A stretch of 32,000 bases of DNA from Pirellula staleyi DSM 6068 (GCA_000025185.1 CP001848.1:30001-62000), one strand, 5' to 3'. Numbered from the stretch's first letter, positions 17,658 to 25,968 are shown. The notes: a model not told the origin generated them from the sequence alone. Numbers and translations are program-made.

Positions 17658-19658
17658 CTAGGCGCGCTCGTGAATCAATTCACATTCGGGGAGCGATTCG
17701 AGGAACGTACGACCATAAGCCTTCGTTTGCATGCGGGGATCGAGAATCACCACCATCCCCGAATCGCGCGAACTCCGAATCAGCCGACCGAAACCTTGCC
17801 GCAGTTTTATCACCGCTTCAGGCAGTTGGTAATCCCGGAACGGATTACCCCCCGATTCGCGAATCGCTTCCAGGCGGGCTTCGAGCAGCGGCTGATCGGG
17901 AACGCTAAAGGGGAGTTTGGGAATAATGACGTTTTGGAGCGCATCGCCGGGAACATCGACCCCTTGCCAAAAACTGTCGGTTCCCAGCAGCACGCCGCGT
18001 GGATTTTCTTTGAACCGAGCGAGCATTTGAGTCCGTGGCTCGTGGCCTGCCTGGCTGTAGAGGGCGAGGTTGTTTTCAGCGAGAAAACGGGTCAACAGCG
18101 AGGCTGTGCGCTCGAGATGGGCGTAGCTGGTGAACAGGACAAACGCGTGACCATCGGTCCGCTCGATGTAGCGTTTCATCTGCTCGGCGGCAGCGACTTC
18201 AAACTTATCTTTTTCGCTACCAGGGTCGGGGAGTCCGCTGACGAGAATCAGCTGCGCTTGCTCGCGATAGTTGAACGGGCTCCCGACGCGGATGGCGTCG
18301 GATTGCGTCAGACCGATGCGCGATTTGTAGTAGTCGAACGACCCTTTGCCGGTGGCAAGTGTGGCCGACGTGAGGATCACGCTGCGAGTTTTCTCGAACA
18401 GGTGCTCGCGGAGTGCCGGCCCGACATCGATCGGCGCAGCGGAGAGTTCGACGCGCGGCTTACCGGCGCGCGACGCTTGCTGCGAAATCCAGTAGACGCT
18501 TCCTGCCGTGTCTTGCGAAATCCAGTGCGAAATTTCGCCGGAAATCAGCTGTAAACGATCGGCGGCAGAAAGAAAATTTTGACGTTCGGATTCATCGTCG
18601 ATTTGCTCGCCACAGCGGCGCACTTCGCGCGAAAGTTTCAGAAGCGAGGGGCTTAGCAAGTTGTCGACTTGATCGGGCTCGCGAATTCGTCCGTTTTTGT
18701 GGTCGCGCTGCTGAGCCAGTGTCGCGCAGTCGTGAAAAAAGTCATCCGCGCGAAGATAGCACTGCATCACCAGCTGCTGAGCGGTGGTGAGTTTCCGCGA
18801 GACAAGCAAACCCTTGTTCGTACGATCGTTGTAAAGTCGGCTGAGCAGGTATTGAATCTGCCCGCTGGTGATCGAGAGCCCCAGGTGATCGCCAGCCACT
18901 TGCTCGATGGTGTGGGCCTCGTCGAGGATCGCAGCGTCGTAGTCGGGCAGAATGCTTGCGCCGACGCGGCGAAGCGCCAGATCGCTGAAGAACAGCGCGT
19001 GGTTGACCACTAAGATCTGCGCGTGATGCACGCGGCGCCGCGCGCGGTAGTAAAAGCACTCGCTATAGGTGGGGCAGTTGCGTCCCAGACAGTTGCCGCT
19101 GTCGCTCGCCACTTCATCCCACACGGTGCTCTTGGGCTTGATCGTCATGTCGCTCAGCGAGCCGCCACCGGTCTCTTTCGACCAGGCAACAAGGTCGCGC
19201 ACTTGCTCGAATTCTTCCTCGGTGCTGAAGAGGGTTCGGGCGCGCTCGGCCGCATATTGCAGGCGGCGGAGGCTGACATAGTTGCCACGCCCTTTCACCA
19301 GCACGGCGGTGAACTCGCGCGGAATCACACTCCGCAGCAGAGGCAGATCCTTGGCCAGCAGCTGTTCTTGCAAACTGATGGTGTGGGTTGAGATGACGAT
19401 CCGTTTGCGAGGCCCTTCTTCATCCCCTTCGCTAGCCTGCGCATTTTCAGCCTGATCGGAAGTGGCGTGCAAAATGGCTGGGACAAGATAGGCAAAACTC
19501 TTACCAACACCGGTCCCTGCTTCTGCCACCAAATGACGGCCAGCCGCCAAGGCCTTCGCAATGCCGCCCGACAGGTCGAGCTGCTGAGGTCGGTGTTCGT
19601 AGCCTGGAAGTCTGGCGGCGATTCGGCCGGCTGGTCCAAGGATCTCTTCAGGAAGCAT
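17658..19658 (-). CDS. dinG: ATP-dependent DinG/XPD-family (DEAD_2, Fe-S) DNA helicase
   Basis: Walker A is AEAGTGVGKSFAYLVP and the DEAH box is ILDEAHTIE. A Cys cluster (NCLGRNCPTYSECFY) sits in the Fe-S insertion. C-terminal helicase motifs are VLFTSY, GTDSFWQGVD and LRQGFGRLIRS. The ORF is 666 aa with ATG at 19658. Confidence 0.92.
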   Translation of the reverse strand: MLPEEILGPAGRIAARLPGYEHRPQQLDLSGGIAKALAAGRHLVAEAGTGVGKSFAYLVPAILHATSDQAENAQASEGDEEGPRKRIVISTHTISLQEQLLAKDLPLLRSVIPREFTAVLVKGRGNYVSLRRLQYAAERARTLFSTEEEFEQVRDLVAWSKETGGGSLSDMTIKPKSTVWDEVASDSGNCLGRNCPTYSECFYYRARRRVHHAQILVVNHALFFSDLALRRVGASILPDYDAAILDEAHTIEQVAGDHLGLSITSGQIQYLLSRLYNDRTNKGLLVSRKLTTAQQLVMQCYLRADDFFHDCATLAQQRDHKNGRIREPDQVDNLLSPSLLKLSREVRRCGEQIDDESERQNFLSAADRLQLISGEISHWISQDTAGSVYWISQQASRAGKPRVELSAAPIDVGPALREHLFEKTRSVILTSATLATGKGSFDYYKSRIGLTQSDAIRVGSPFNYREQAQLILVSGLPDPGSEKDKFEVAAAEQMKRYIERTDGHAFVLFTSYAHLERTASLLTRFLAENNLALYSQAGHEPRTQMLARFKENPRGVLLGTDSFWQGVDVPGDALQNVIIPKLPFSVPDQPLLEARLEAIRESGGNPFRDYQLPEAVIKLRQGFGRLIRSSRDSGMVVILDPRMQTKAYGRTFLESLPECELIHERA

Positions 19659-19974
19659 TGCGGAAGTGGGACCAGAGAGGAAGTTGCCAGGAAGACGCGG
19701 GACAGCAGTAAGAAAAAAACGTTCTTTTCTTCTTCAAAGATGCACGAGGCTCGAGCGAATTGCCCTCCAAGGCTCGTGGTGGAGGAATGTGGTGGTGGAT
19801 GGCCAGATGTGGTCGAGCGGAATAGGTAAGAGCATAGCGGAAGAAATTGGTTTACGGATGCCCTTTCGCGAGGGGGGAATTAAACTAATGGCGGGCAGAG
19901 TCCTTTGCCAGGTGCGACCGCAAGAGCGGCTGGGGCGAACGACTTGAGGGAACAAGTGGAACGGGTGCGAGCGG

Positions 19975-20262
19975 ATGACGATCGAATTCTCGTGCTTCGA
20001 TTGCGGACAACTCGTCAAAACTCCCGCTTCGGCGGCGGGTAAGAAGGGTCGTTGTCCCCATTGCGGCACCATCGTTCAGATACCGGCTGAAGCTCCCAAG
20101 CCAGCCCCTCCTCCTCCGCCGCCACCTCCACCAGCCCCACCCGCAGCAGCCGTGGCGATTGAGTTTCCCTGCCCCAAGTGCAACGGACTGGTGCGGACTC
20201 CGCTGTCAGCTGCGGGCAAAAAGGGACGCTGCCCCCACTGCACCACAGTGGTGCAGATTCCG
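19975..20262 (+). repeat. Intragenic tandem duplication of the zinc-ribbon module, separated by a poly-proline run
   Basis: Protein-level repeat: aa 1-36 (19975-20082) and aa 60-96 (20152-20262) share the pattern IEFxCxxCxxLVxTPxSAAGKKGRCPHCxTxVQIP. The spacer PKPAPPPPPPPPPAPP is at about 20095-20139. The DNA copies have diverged, so the duplication is old. Confidence 0.75.
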
Positions 20263-21795
20263 GGGACTTCTCCAGCAGCGCTAGCTCCCACCACAGCAGC
20301 TCCTTCAGCTGCGGCTAAAAAGCCGGTGCCAGAGCCCGTGGCTGCGAAGCCGACACCACCGCCACCTGCCAAACCGAAGTTCGACGACGAACTCACGCTG
20401 GCCGACGATCCCGATCATCCGATTACGACCCCAGCCCCCAAGCCAGCCCCTAAGCCGACTCCCGACCCAGCCAAGGGGGTTAAGCCAGCCGCTGCTAAAC
20501 CGGCCACGCAGCCAGCTGCAGCGCAGCCGTCGGCCAAGCCTGCTGCGCCCGCCAAGCCATCAGGGGCTAAGCCGACAGCACCTGCTGCTGCGTCTTCAAC
20601 CAAACCGACCGTGAAGCCCGCAGCTGCCAGTGGTGCGAAACCGGCGGCCACCACCCCGGCAGCGACGAAGCCGGTCGCTAAACCAACCACCCCTGGCAAA
20701 CCTGCTGCGGGGGGCAAAACGATTCCGGTCGCCAAACCGATCGCCGCGCCGGGAGCGAAGGCCCAACAGCCGACCAACGAACAGTTCGACGATCTGCTTC
20801 CACTGGAAGAAGAAGAATCGCTCGAGGATCTTCCTGTTCTCGAAACCAACGACCTCGGTGGGCTAACACCGCTCACCGATCTGGGGCCGATCCCTGGCAC
20901 AGGACTCCCGGCTATCGGCGCGCCGATGCTCCCCGGAGCGAGCACCGGTGGCACCCTGTTCGCCGCGATGCCCCTGGCCGCTGGACAAGCCACGCCGTTT
21001 GGCACCGACCCAGCCGACGCAGGTTTTCTGCTGGCGAGCGATCCGACCCTTGGCTTACCCGCCTTGCCCCCCAATCCCTATGCGTCACCCGGGGTCAGTT
21101 TGCCATCCGCGAGCCCGGGGCTTGGTTCATCGTTTGTCAGTGGCCCCCGAGAACGGACGGGACTTCCGTGGGATATCGAAGTCTCCGCCGCTGCCTACTG
21201 GCAAACAGCCAAGATGCTGGTCTTCAGCCCATCGCAAGGTTTTGCCGTCATGCACCGGACGGGTGGCGTGAGTGGTCCGCTGGGCTACGCGCTCATCGGA
21301 CTCATGATCGGCCCGCTGGGCGCCCTCTTGTTGATCTATCTCTTTATGATGCTGGTGCTCCTTGTCTCCACCGGCAACTTTGAAGCGATGGTGGGGCTCA
21401 CGCTCATCTTTGCAATCTACGGAATATCGACCTCCGCGGGGATGATGGTGAGTGGCTGTATTGGGCTCCTTGTCGGGGCTGGAATCTCGCACCTCTGCTT
21501 GATGCTGGTCGGTGGCGCGACGCGCCCCTACGAAACCACGTTTCGCGTGCTGGCTTACACCAACGGCTCGGTGGCGCTCATCGGATTCATTCCGTTCATT
21601 GGTGCCATCATCCAAATCGTTTTGACGATTGTGCTGCTGATTAATGGCTACGCCTCGGCACACGGCATCAGCGCGGGACGAGCGGCGCTCGCTGTCTTTT
21701 TGCCTTTGATCGTACTGGGAGGATGTATCTTCGTCGGCATTATGATGCTGACAGGTCTCGTCGCCGCATCGGGACCAAACCCCTCCTCGTTTTAA
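19975..21795 (+). CDS. Uncharacterised membrane protein A: two MJ0042-like zinc ribbons, Pro/Ala/Lys-rich linker, NPYASP and GLPW motifs, Yip1-like polytopic C-terminal domain
   Basis: ATG at 19975. IEFSCFDCGQLVKTPASAAGKKGRCPHCGTIVQIP is repeated as IEFPCPKCNGLVRTPLSAAGKKGRCPHCTTVVQIP. A run of nine Pro follows, then a linker of about 160 aa rich in KPA/KPT, then an acidic patch. PPNPYASP is at 21067-21090 and GLPWD at 21160-21174. The C-terminal domain has about 5 TMs and the motifs HLCLMLVGG and TFRVLAYTNGSVA. Confidence 0.8.
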   Translation: MTIEFSCFDCGQLVKTPASAAGKKGRCPHCGTIVQIPAEAPKPAPPPPPPPPPAPPAAAVAIEFPCPKCNGLVRTPLSAAGKKGRCPHCTTVVQIPGTSPAALAPTTAAPSAAAKKPVPEPVAAKPTPPPPAKPKFDDELTLADDPDHPITTPAPKPAPKPTPDPAKGVKPAAAKPATQPAAAQPSAKPAAPAKPSGAKPTAPAAASSTKPTVKPAAASGAKPAATTPAATKPVAKPTTPGKPAAGGKTIPVAKPIAAPGAKAQQPTNEQFDDLLPLEEEESLEDLPVLETNDLGGLTPLTDLGPIPGTGLPAIGAPMLPGASTGGTLFAAMPLAAGQATPFGTDPADAGFLLASDPTLGLPALPPNPYASPGVSLPSASPGLGSSFVSGPRERTGLPWDIEVSAAAYWQTAKMLVFSPSQGFAVMHRTGGVSGPLGYALIGLMIGPLGALLLIYLFMMLVLLVSTGNFEAMVGLTLIFAIYGISTSAGMMVSGCIGLLVGAGISHLCLMLVGGATRPYETTFRVLAYTNGSVALIGFIPFIGAIIQIVLTIVLLINGYASAHGISAGRAALAVFLPLIVLGGCIFVGIMMLTGLVAASGPNPSSF

Positions 21796-22022
21796 GTTCG
21801 AGGAACCCCAAAAACTTAAGCTTTCAACTATCGCGGCGTGCCTAGCGGCCGAGTACAATCCCGACGCTGTAAGGCCGCGCCGAAAACACCCTGCCATGGA
21901 TGAGAAGTCGACTTCAGCTTCCGATCGAGCACCGGTCTCACAGCCAAGGCCTACAGCCCCTCTCCGGCCCGCAGCCTTTTGCTTCCCTTCGATGCACAAC
22001 CTAGCTACTTGGAAATCGCCGG

Positions 22023-23108
22023 ATGGCTATTGAATTTCGTTGCGATCAGTGTGGTCAATTGCTGCGCGTTCCGGATAACACAGCAGGCAAAAGCGCCCGC
22101 TGTCCGAAATGCCAAGCGATGATGACGATTCCCGCGCAGTCGCCTCCAGGCGGTGCTGGCCCAGCAACCGGTCCGGCAACTCCCCCTGCTGCACCTGTTT
22201 CGCAGTTTCCAAGCACACCCACTGGCCCCGTCGACCAGCCGGCACCACTCCCCACGCTCGGAGCCCCCACGAGTTCCAGCCCGTTTGGTTCACCACCAGC
22301 AGGCGGCTCGCTCTTTGAAGGGGCTCCCCTCAGCCCACCCCCGAAGCCAGCCGGCAATCCTTTTGGCGAGGGAGGTATGGGGTCACCTCCGGGTGCCAAC
22401 CCGTTTGGCCAACCGTCCGAAGCCAACCCTTATGCTTCACCACTGAGCATCTACACTCCGCAATCAGGCCAGCAAGGTCTTCCGTGGGAAGTAAAGGGGC
22501 AAAACTTCGGCACCTGGATGGAGACCACAAAGCTGTTCATCTCGGATTCAGCCCGGGCTTTCACCATCATGCATCCACGTGGTGGGATCGGTGGCCCGAT
22601 GGTGTTTGCCCTGCTGGGGATGTCTATCGGTGCCGCTGGTGGTTTGTTTTGGAACTTAGTGATGCTTCTGGGCCTCGGGATTGTTGCAGGAGCCAATGGC
22701 CAAGGCGATGCAGCAGCCCCCCTGGCCATTCAAGCCGTCACCCAAGTGGGCGCTAGCATCATCGGCACGCTGCTGGGAGCCACGCTCGGGCTTTTGTTCC
22801 AGTCGGCCATTATTCACGTATGCTGCATGGTCGTGGGTGGTGGAAAAACGGGTTTCGATGCCACATTTCGCGTCTTGGCCTACTCCAACGGCGCTCTCGC
22901 GTTCCTGCAATGGATTCCGATCGCGGGTGCCTTAGTTCTCGCGATTTGGGTGCTCGTTCTGGTGATCGTTGGCCTGGCCAAAGTGCACGAAATGCATGTC
23001 GGCAAAACGATCCTGGCGGTATTCCTCCCCGTGATCGTCTGCTGTGTTGTCACCCTGGGCATTGTGGCGCTCGCCGGTGGAGCAGGCGTGCTGATGAACG
23101 CACGCTAA
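22023..23108 (+). CDS. Uncharacterised membrane protein B, paralogue of A: one MJ0042-like ribbon, Pro-rich linker with NPF/NPF/NPY triplet, GLPW, Yip1-like domain
   Basis: ATG at 22023 gives MAIEFRCDQCGQLLRVPDNTAGKSARCPKCQAMMTIP. The motifs GNPFG, ANPFG and ANPYASP span 22356-22442. GLPWEV follows. The membrane domain is clearly homologous to A: FTIMHPRGGIGGP, HVCCMVVGG, TFRVLAYSNGALA, ILAVFLPVIV. Confidence 0.8.
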   Translation: MAIEFRCDQCGQLLRVPDNTAGKSARCPKCQAMMTIPAQSPPGGAGPATGPATPPAAPVSQFPSTPTGPVDQPAPLPTLGAPTSSSPFGSPPAGGSLFEGAPLSPPPKPAGNPFGEGGMGSPPGANPFGQPSEANPYASPLSIYTPQSGQQGLPWEVKGQNFGTWMETTKLFISDSARAFTIMHPRGGIGGPMVFALLGMSIGAAGGLFWNLVMLLGLGIVAGANGQGDAAAPLAIQAVTQVGASIIGTLLGATLGLLFQSAIIHVCCMVVGGGKTGFDATFRVLAYSNGALAFLQWIPIAGALVLAIWVLVLVIVGLAKVHEMHVGKTILAVFLPVIVCCVVTLGIVALAGGAGVLMNAR

Positions 23109-23174
23109 CCGCTTCGGAGAGCCTGTTTCTGAGTTAAACCTGCGACCGAAATAAATCTTAGCTTTCCTCTTCTG

Positions 23175-23207
23175 GCACCTCGCGGCCATTGCTGCGAGGT
23201 GCTTTTT
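23175..23207 (+). terminator. Rho-independent terminator after gene B
   Basis: GCACCTCGC (23175-23183) pairs with GCGAGGTGC (23194-23202) across a 10-nt loop, followed by TTTTT (23203-23207). Confidence 0.7.
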
Positions 23208-23302
23208 GCTACGCAAACATGCTCTAGCTTTGGCCTTGCGCTTTCTCTCCAGCGCAGGCTAGCAATCCTTGGCTCCTGCCCCTCGCGACAAGATGCACCG
23301 CG

Positions 23303-24187
23303 ATGAATTCGAGTCCCGCTGGAGAGAATCCCTTTGCCTCCCCGCAGCCGCTGCGCGCCAGCGAGATTGCCAGCGAAGAGCGGGCGACTCATCCCTTTGC
23401 CGATAGCCCCGAGACCCCGGCGGATATCACCATCGAGGCGATTCCACCCGGCTTGCCGTGGAACCATCGGCTGGGGCTCTTTAGCTGGCTGAAGACCGCC
23501 GAGAGGCTGTTCTTCACGCCGCGCAAGGCGATGGAGTCCTATCGCCCAGCCACCTCGCCATGGGGTGCCTATGGCTTTCTTGCTATTGGCCTCCTCCTCT
23601 CGCTCGGACTCACAGCGGCCATCTGCTACCTCGTTTACCACCTGGAATTTGGTTCCTCTTCTCAGCCCCAAGACCAAATCTCTGAACTTCTCGCAGCCTC
23701 TGACAAACAACTGCTCATCAGCACCCTGCAGTCGATGGCTGCGATCACCCTGCTGTTGGTGCTCGTGATCATTCCGCTGCGCGTGCTGTTAACGCACGGG
23801 CTCTTAAAACTGATGGGAACCTGCCGCTTCAGCATGACACGCACGGCGGAAGCGATTTTCCTTTCGCTCGGCGCAGCCCAGCTCGTGAGTTGGACCACGA
23901 AACCCTTACGGTATGTCCTACCGATCATGAAACTCGAGGAGCTCTCACTCCTGCTGAGCGGAGTGGCGGCCGGGCTCTTGCTCTGGCAGTTCTACCGCGA
24001 GATTGTCGGTCTAGCGGTGGTGCAGCGAATCTCGATGCGACGCAGTTTGGTCGTCAATCTGCTGGTGCAAATCATTATCGGCCTCGCGATCTTCGTGGTG
24101 GCTTTAGGGTACATGACCTACATCGATCTGCAGCGCATCTCGGCAGCCTCCGAGACCTTCAATCCATCAGCAGCCCAGCGCCCTTGA
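23303..24187 (+). CDS. Uncharacterised membrane protein C: NPFASP tail, GLPW, divergent Yip1-like polytopic domain, no zinc ribbon
   Basis: ATG at 23303 gives MNSSPAGENPFASPQPL. PPGLPWNHRLGLFSWLKTAERLFF parallels the GLPW-plus-helix entry of A and B. Five or so hydrophobic helices follow. HGLLKLMGTCRFSMTRTAEAIFLSLG aligns loosely with HVCCMVVGGGKTGFDATFRVLAYSNG of B. Confidence 0.7.
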   Translation: MNSSPAGENPFASPQPLRASEIASEERATHPFADSPETPADITIEAIPPGLPWNHRLGLFSWLKTAERLFFTPRKAMESYRPATSPWGAYGFLAIGLLLSLGLTAAICYLVYHLEFGSSSQPQDQISELLAASDKQLLISTLQSMAAITLLLVLVIIPLRVLLTHGLLKLMGTCRFSMTRTAEAIFLSLGAAQLVSWTTKPLRYVLPIMKLEELSLLLSGVAAGLLLWQFYREIVGLAVVQRISMRRSLVVNLLVQIIIGLAIFVVALGYMTYIDLQRISAASETFNPSAAQRP

Positions 24188-24340
24188 TCGCGTATGTTTC
24201 TAATACGTTTTTGCAGCTGCTGGGTCAGACTGGCAGACCCCGGTGCGACCGGCAAATTCGTTACGTTCCGAAATTACTAGCCAGAGCCCCTAGTAAGTGA
24301 TTAAACTACGGACGTTGCAACTTCTCGTCGGGGATTTCTC

Positions 24341-25870
24341 ATGACCATTGTCGCCTGTCCGCGTTGCCGAGATTCCGTTCGGATTCCGGCCCGTGCTTCC
24401 AATACCGCCATCGTCCGCTGCCCACTCTGTGAGGAAGAATTTCCGATCACCGAGGCCTACGGACAGATTCCCGAACTCGAGATCATCTCGGGCGCACTTC
24501 CCACGTCGAGCTACGCAGCCGACGATGCGGGCGAACTCAACGCCTACGCCTCCCCCGAGCCAACGGAATACGCCGTTGCTCCTGCCGGTGACGGCGTGTT
24601 CGGCACCACAGGCCCCAGCGGCTCCACGGCCGTGATGCCTGTGTCGGGCGTGAAGGGGAAGATTCGCAAAAAGAAAGAAAAATCGGCGATCGCCGAAATG
24701 TTCAAAGTGGTGATGGGGGGCGTAGTCGGAATCGGTCTCGCCCTGGTCGTCCTCTGGTGGGGCTTTAAGACCGACCCGATGGGGATCATTCCTTACGTCC
24801 CATCGTGGGCTGCGTTTATTGTTCCACCCGCGATGCGCGCCGCACCCAAGCCCGACAACACCGCCGGCGGCGCGGGAAATCAGCTCGCTCAGAACAATGG
24901 CATCGACACGAGCGGCAGTCCTGTTCCGGTGGTTCCGAACACACCAGCGGGCGGAGGTTTCATGCCCGCTGATCCTGCCAGCGGCAACAATGCCAGTGGC
25001 GGTTCCTTCGGCTCGGCTGCTGGCGAGCTAACACCTCCTACCGAACTCCCCCCCTTCGATCCCTTGGCCAATACCAGCGGCGAAATGGAACTCCCCGATC
25101 TCGGAACTCCGACGATCGAAACACCTCCCGAACTCGGTCCACCCGCCGAACTCCCCGGTCTTGATCCATCGAGCGTCCCCTCAATCGATCCGCCAGCGAC
25201 CGATCCGCTGAACACCGATCCACCGAGCTCGCCCAATCCAGCTCCACTTCCGGGGCTCGATCCGATGCCAACAGAGCCACAGCCTCTTCCCGAAGCCCCC
25301 CCGGGAACGGAACCTGTGATCTACACCGCTGCCGATTTGCTCAGCTCGGTTTCGAAAGCAGCGGAAGCTCGCAACGTCTTTAAGAACGCCGATCCTGCGG
25401 ATCGCGCTGGCCGTCAAGAACTGGCTCGCCAGATGTATGCCTCGGTCGCTGCGACGGCCAAGATCCTTCCGTCACTCAGCCTCGAAGATGCCGACAACGC
25501 CGATGCTGTAACAGCCGTCTCGGATCTCCTCACGTCGATTGCTACCGAAGTGCCCGAGACCGTCGTCGGTTTTCTCGGCCGCGAACGTTACGAAGCAAGC
25601 GAAGGAGATTCGCAAATGCTGGTGGCGGGCGAGGTGATCGACATTCGCGCTGTAGGCAGCATGTTCGAGTGCGTTGTGAAAATGAAGACCAAAGACAATC
25701 TCGAAGTCACGCTTCTCTCGAGCAAAAACCCGCAAGACAAGTGCGCTGTTGGCGACACGGTGATGGTGGTCGGCAGCAAAGTGGTCGACCCCGCCAAGAA
25801 CGTCGGTGGCTATGAAGGCATGGCCCCTAAAGTGGTCACGTGGGACTACGGCGTGAAGATCGCCAAGTAG
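24341..25870 (+). CDS. Uncharacterised single-pass membrane protein D: MJ0042-like ribbon, NAYASP, Lys-rich stop-transfer plus TM, Pro-rich region, C-terminal globular domain
   Basis: ATG at 24341 gives MTIVACPRCRDSVRIPARASNTAIVRCPLCEEEFPI. ELNAYASPEP follows. KGKIRKKKEKS precedes the TM helix VVMGGVVGIGLALVVLWWGF. The Pro-rich stretch spans roughly 24850-25300. The C-terminal region of about 180 aa ends in a beta-rich segment (MLVAGEVIDIRAVGSMFECVVKMKTKDNLEVTLLSS...VMVVGSKVV). A strong terminator lies 52 nt downstream. Confidence 0.75.
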   Translation: MTIVACPRCRDSVRIPARASNTAIVRCPLCEEEFPITEAYGQIPELEIISGALPTSSYAADDAGELNAYASPEPTEYAVAPAGDGVFGTTGPSGSTAVMPVSGVKGKIRKKKEKSAIAEMFKVVMGGVVGIGLALVVLWWGFKTDPMGIIPYVPSWAAFIVPPAMRAAPKPDNTAGGAGNQLAQNNGIDTSGSPVPVVPNTPAGGGFMPADPASGNNASGGSFGSAAGELTPPTELPPFDPLANTSGEMELPDLGTPTIETPPELGPPAELPGLDPSSVPSIDPPATDPLNTDPPSSPNPAPLPGLDPMPTEPQPLPEAPPGTEPVIYTAADLLSSVSKAAEARNVFKNADPADRAGRQELARQMYASVAATAKILPSLSLEDADNADAVTAVSDLLTSIATEVPETVVGFLGRERYEASEGDSQMLVAGEVIDIRAVGSMFECVVKMKTKDNLEVTLLSSKNPQDKCAVGDTVMVVGSKVVDPAKNVGGYEGMAPKVVTWDYGVKIAK

Positions 25871-25921
25871 TTTTTTGCCACTAGCGTCCCCCAGCGCAAC
25901 TGCCAGCGAATTCAAAAATAA

Positions 25922-25968
25922 AGCCTCCGATCGAACTCACTTGGAGTTTGATCGGAGGCTCTTTTTTT
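25922..25968. terminator. Strong bidirectional rho-independent terminator between convergent gene D and the DegT-type aminotransferase
   Basis: A 17-bp stem, AGCCTCCGATCGAACTC (25922-25938) with GAGTTTGATCGGAGGCT (25944-25960), contains one G-U pair and a 5-nt loop. It is followed by T7 (25962-25968) and preceded by an A-rich tract (caaaaataa), so it would work in both directions. Confidence 0.85.

Noticed and set aside
17535-18554. 339-aa plus-strand ORF
   Set aside because: It is antisense to the DinG-family helicase.
17658-19658. DinG-family helicase as part of a defence system
   Set aside because: Its neighbours are housekeeping genes (skp, FG-GAP, MBL hydrolase, hemW). No nuclease, methylase, Cas or other defence partner is adjacent. 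It looks like the chromosomal DinG.
19780-19830. tRNA D-arm-like string (GGTCGAGCGGAATAGG) in the dinG / gene A divergent intergenic region
   Set aside because: There is no T-loop consensus or acceptor stem within 90 nt, so it cannot be folded into a cloverleaf.
20415-21999. Minus-strand ORFs of 219 aa (20415..21074) and 290 aa (21127..21999)
   Set aside because: They are antisense shadows of gene A. A's reading frame is supported by the duplicated ribbon and by its homology to gene B.
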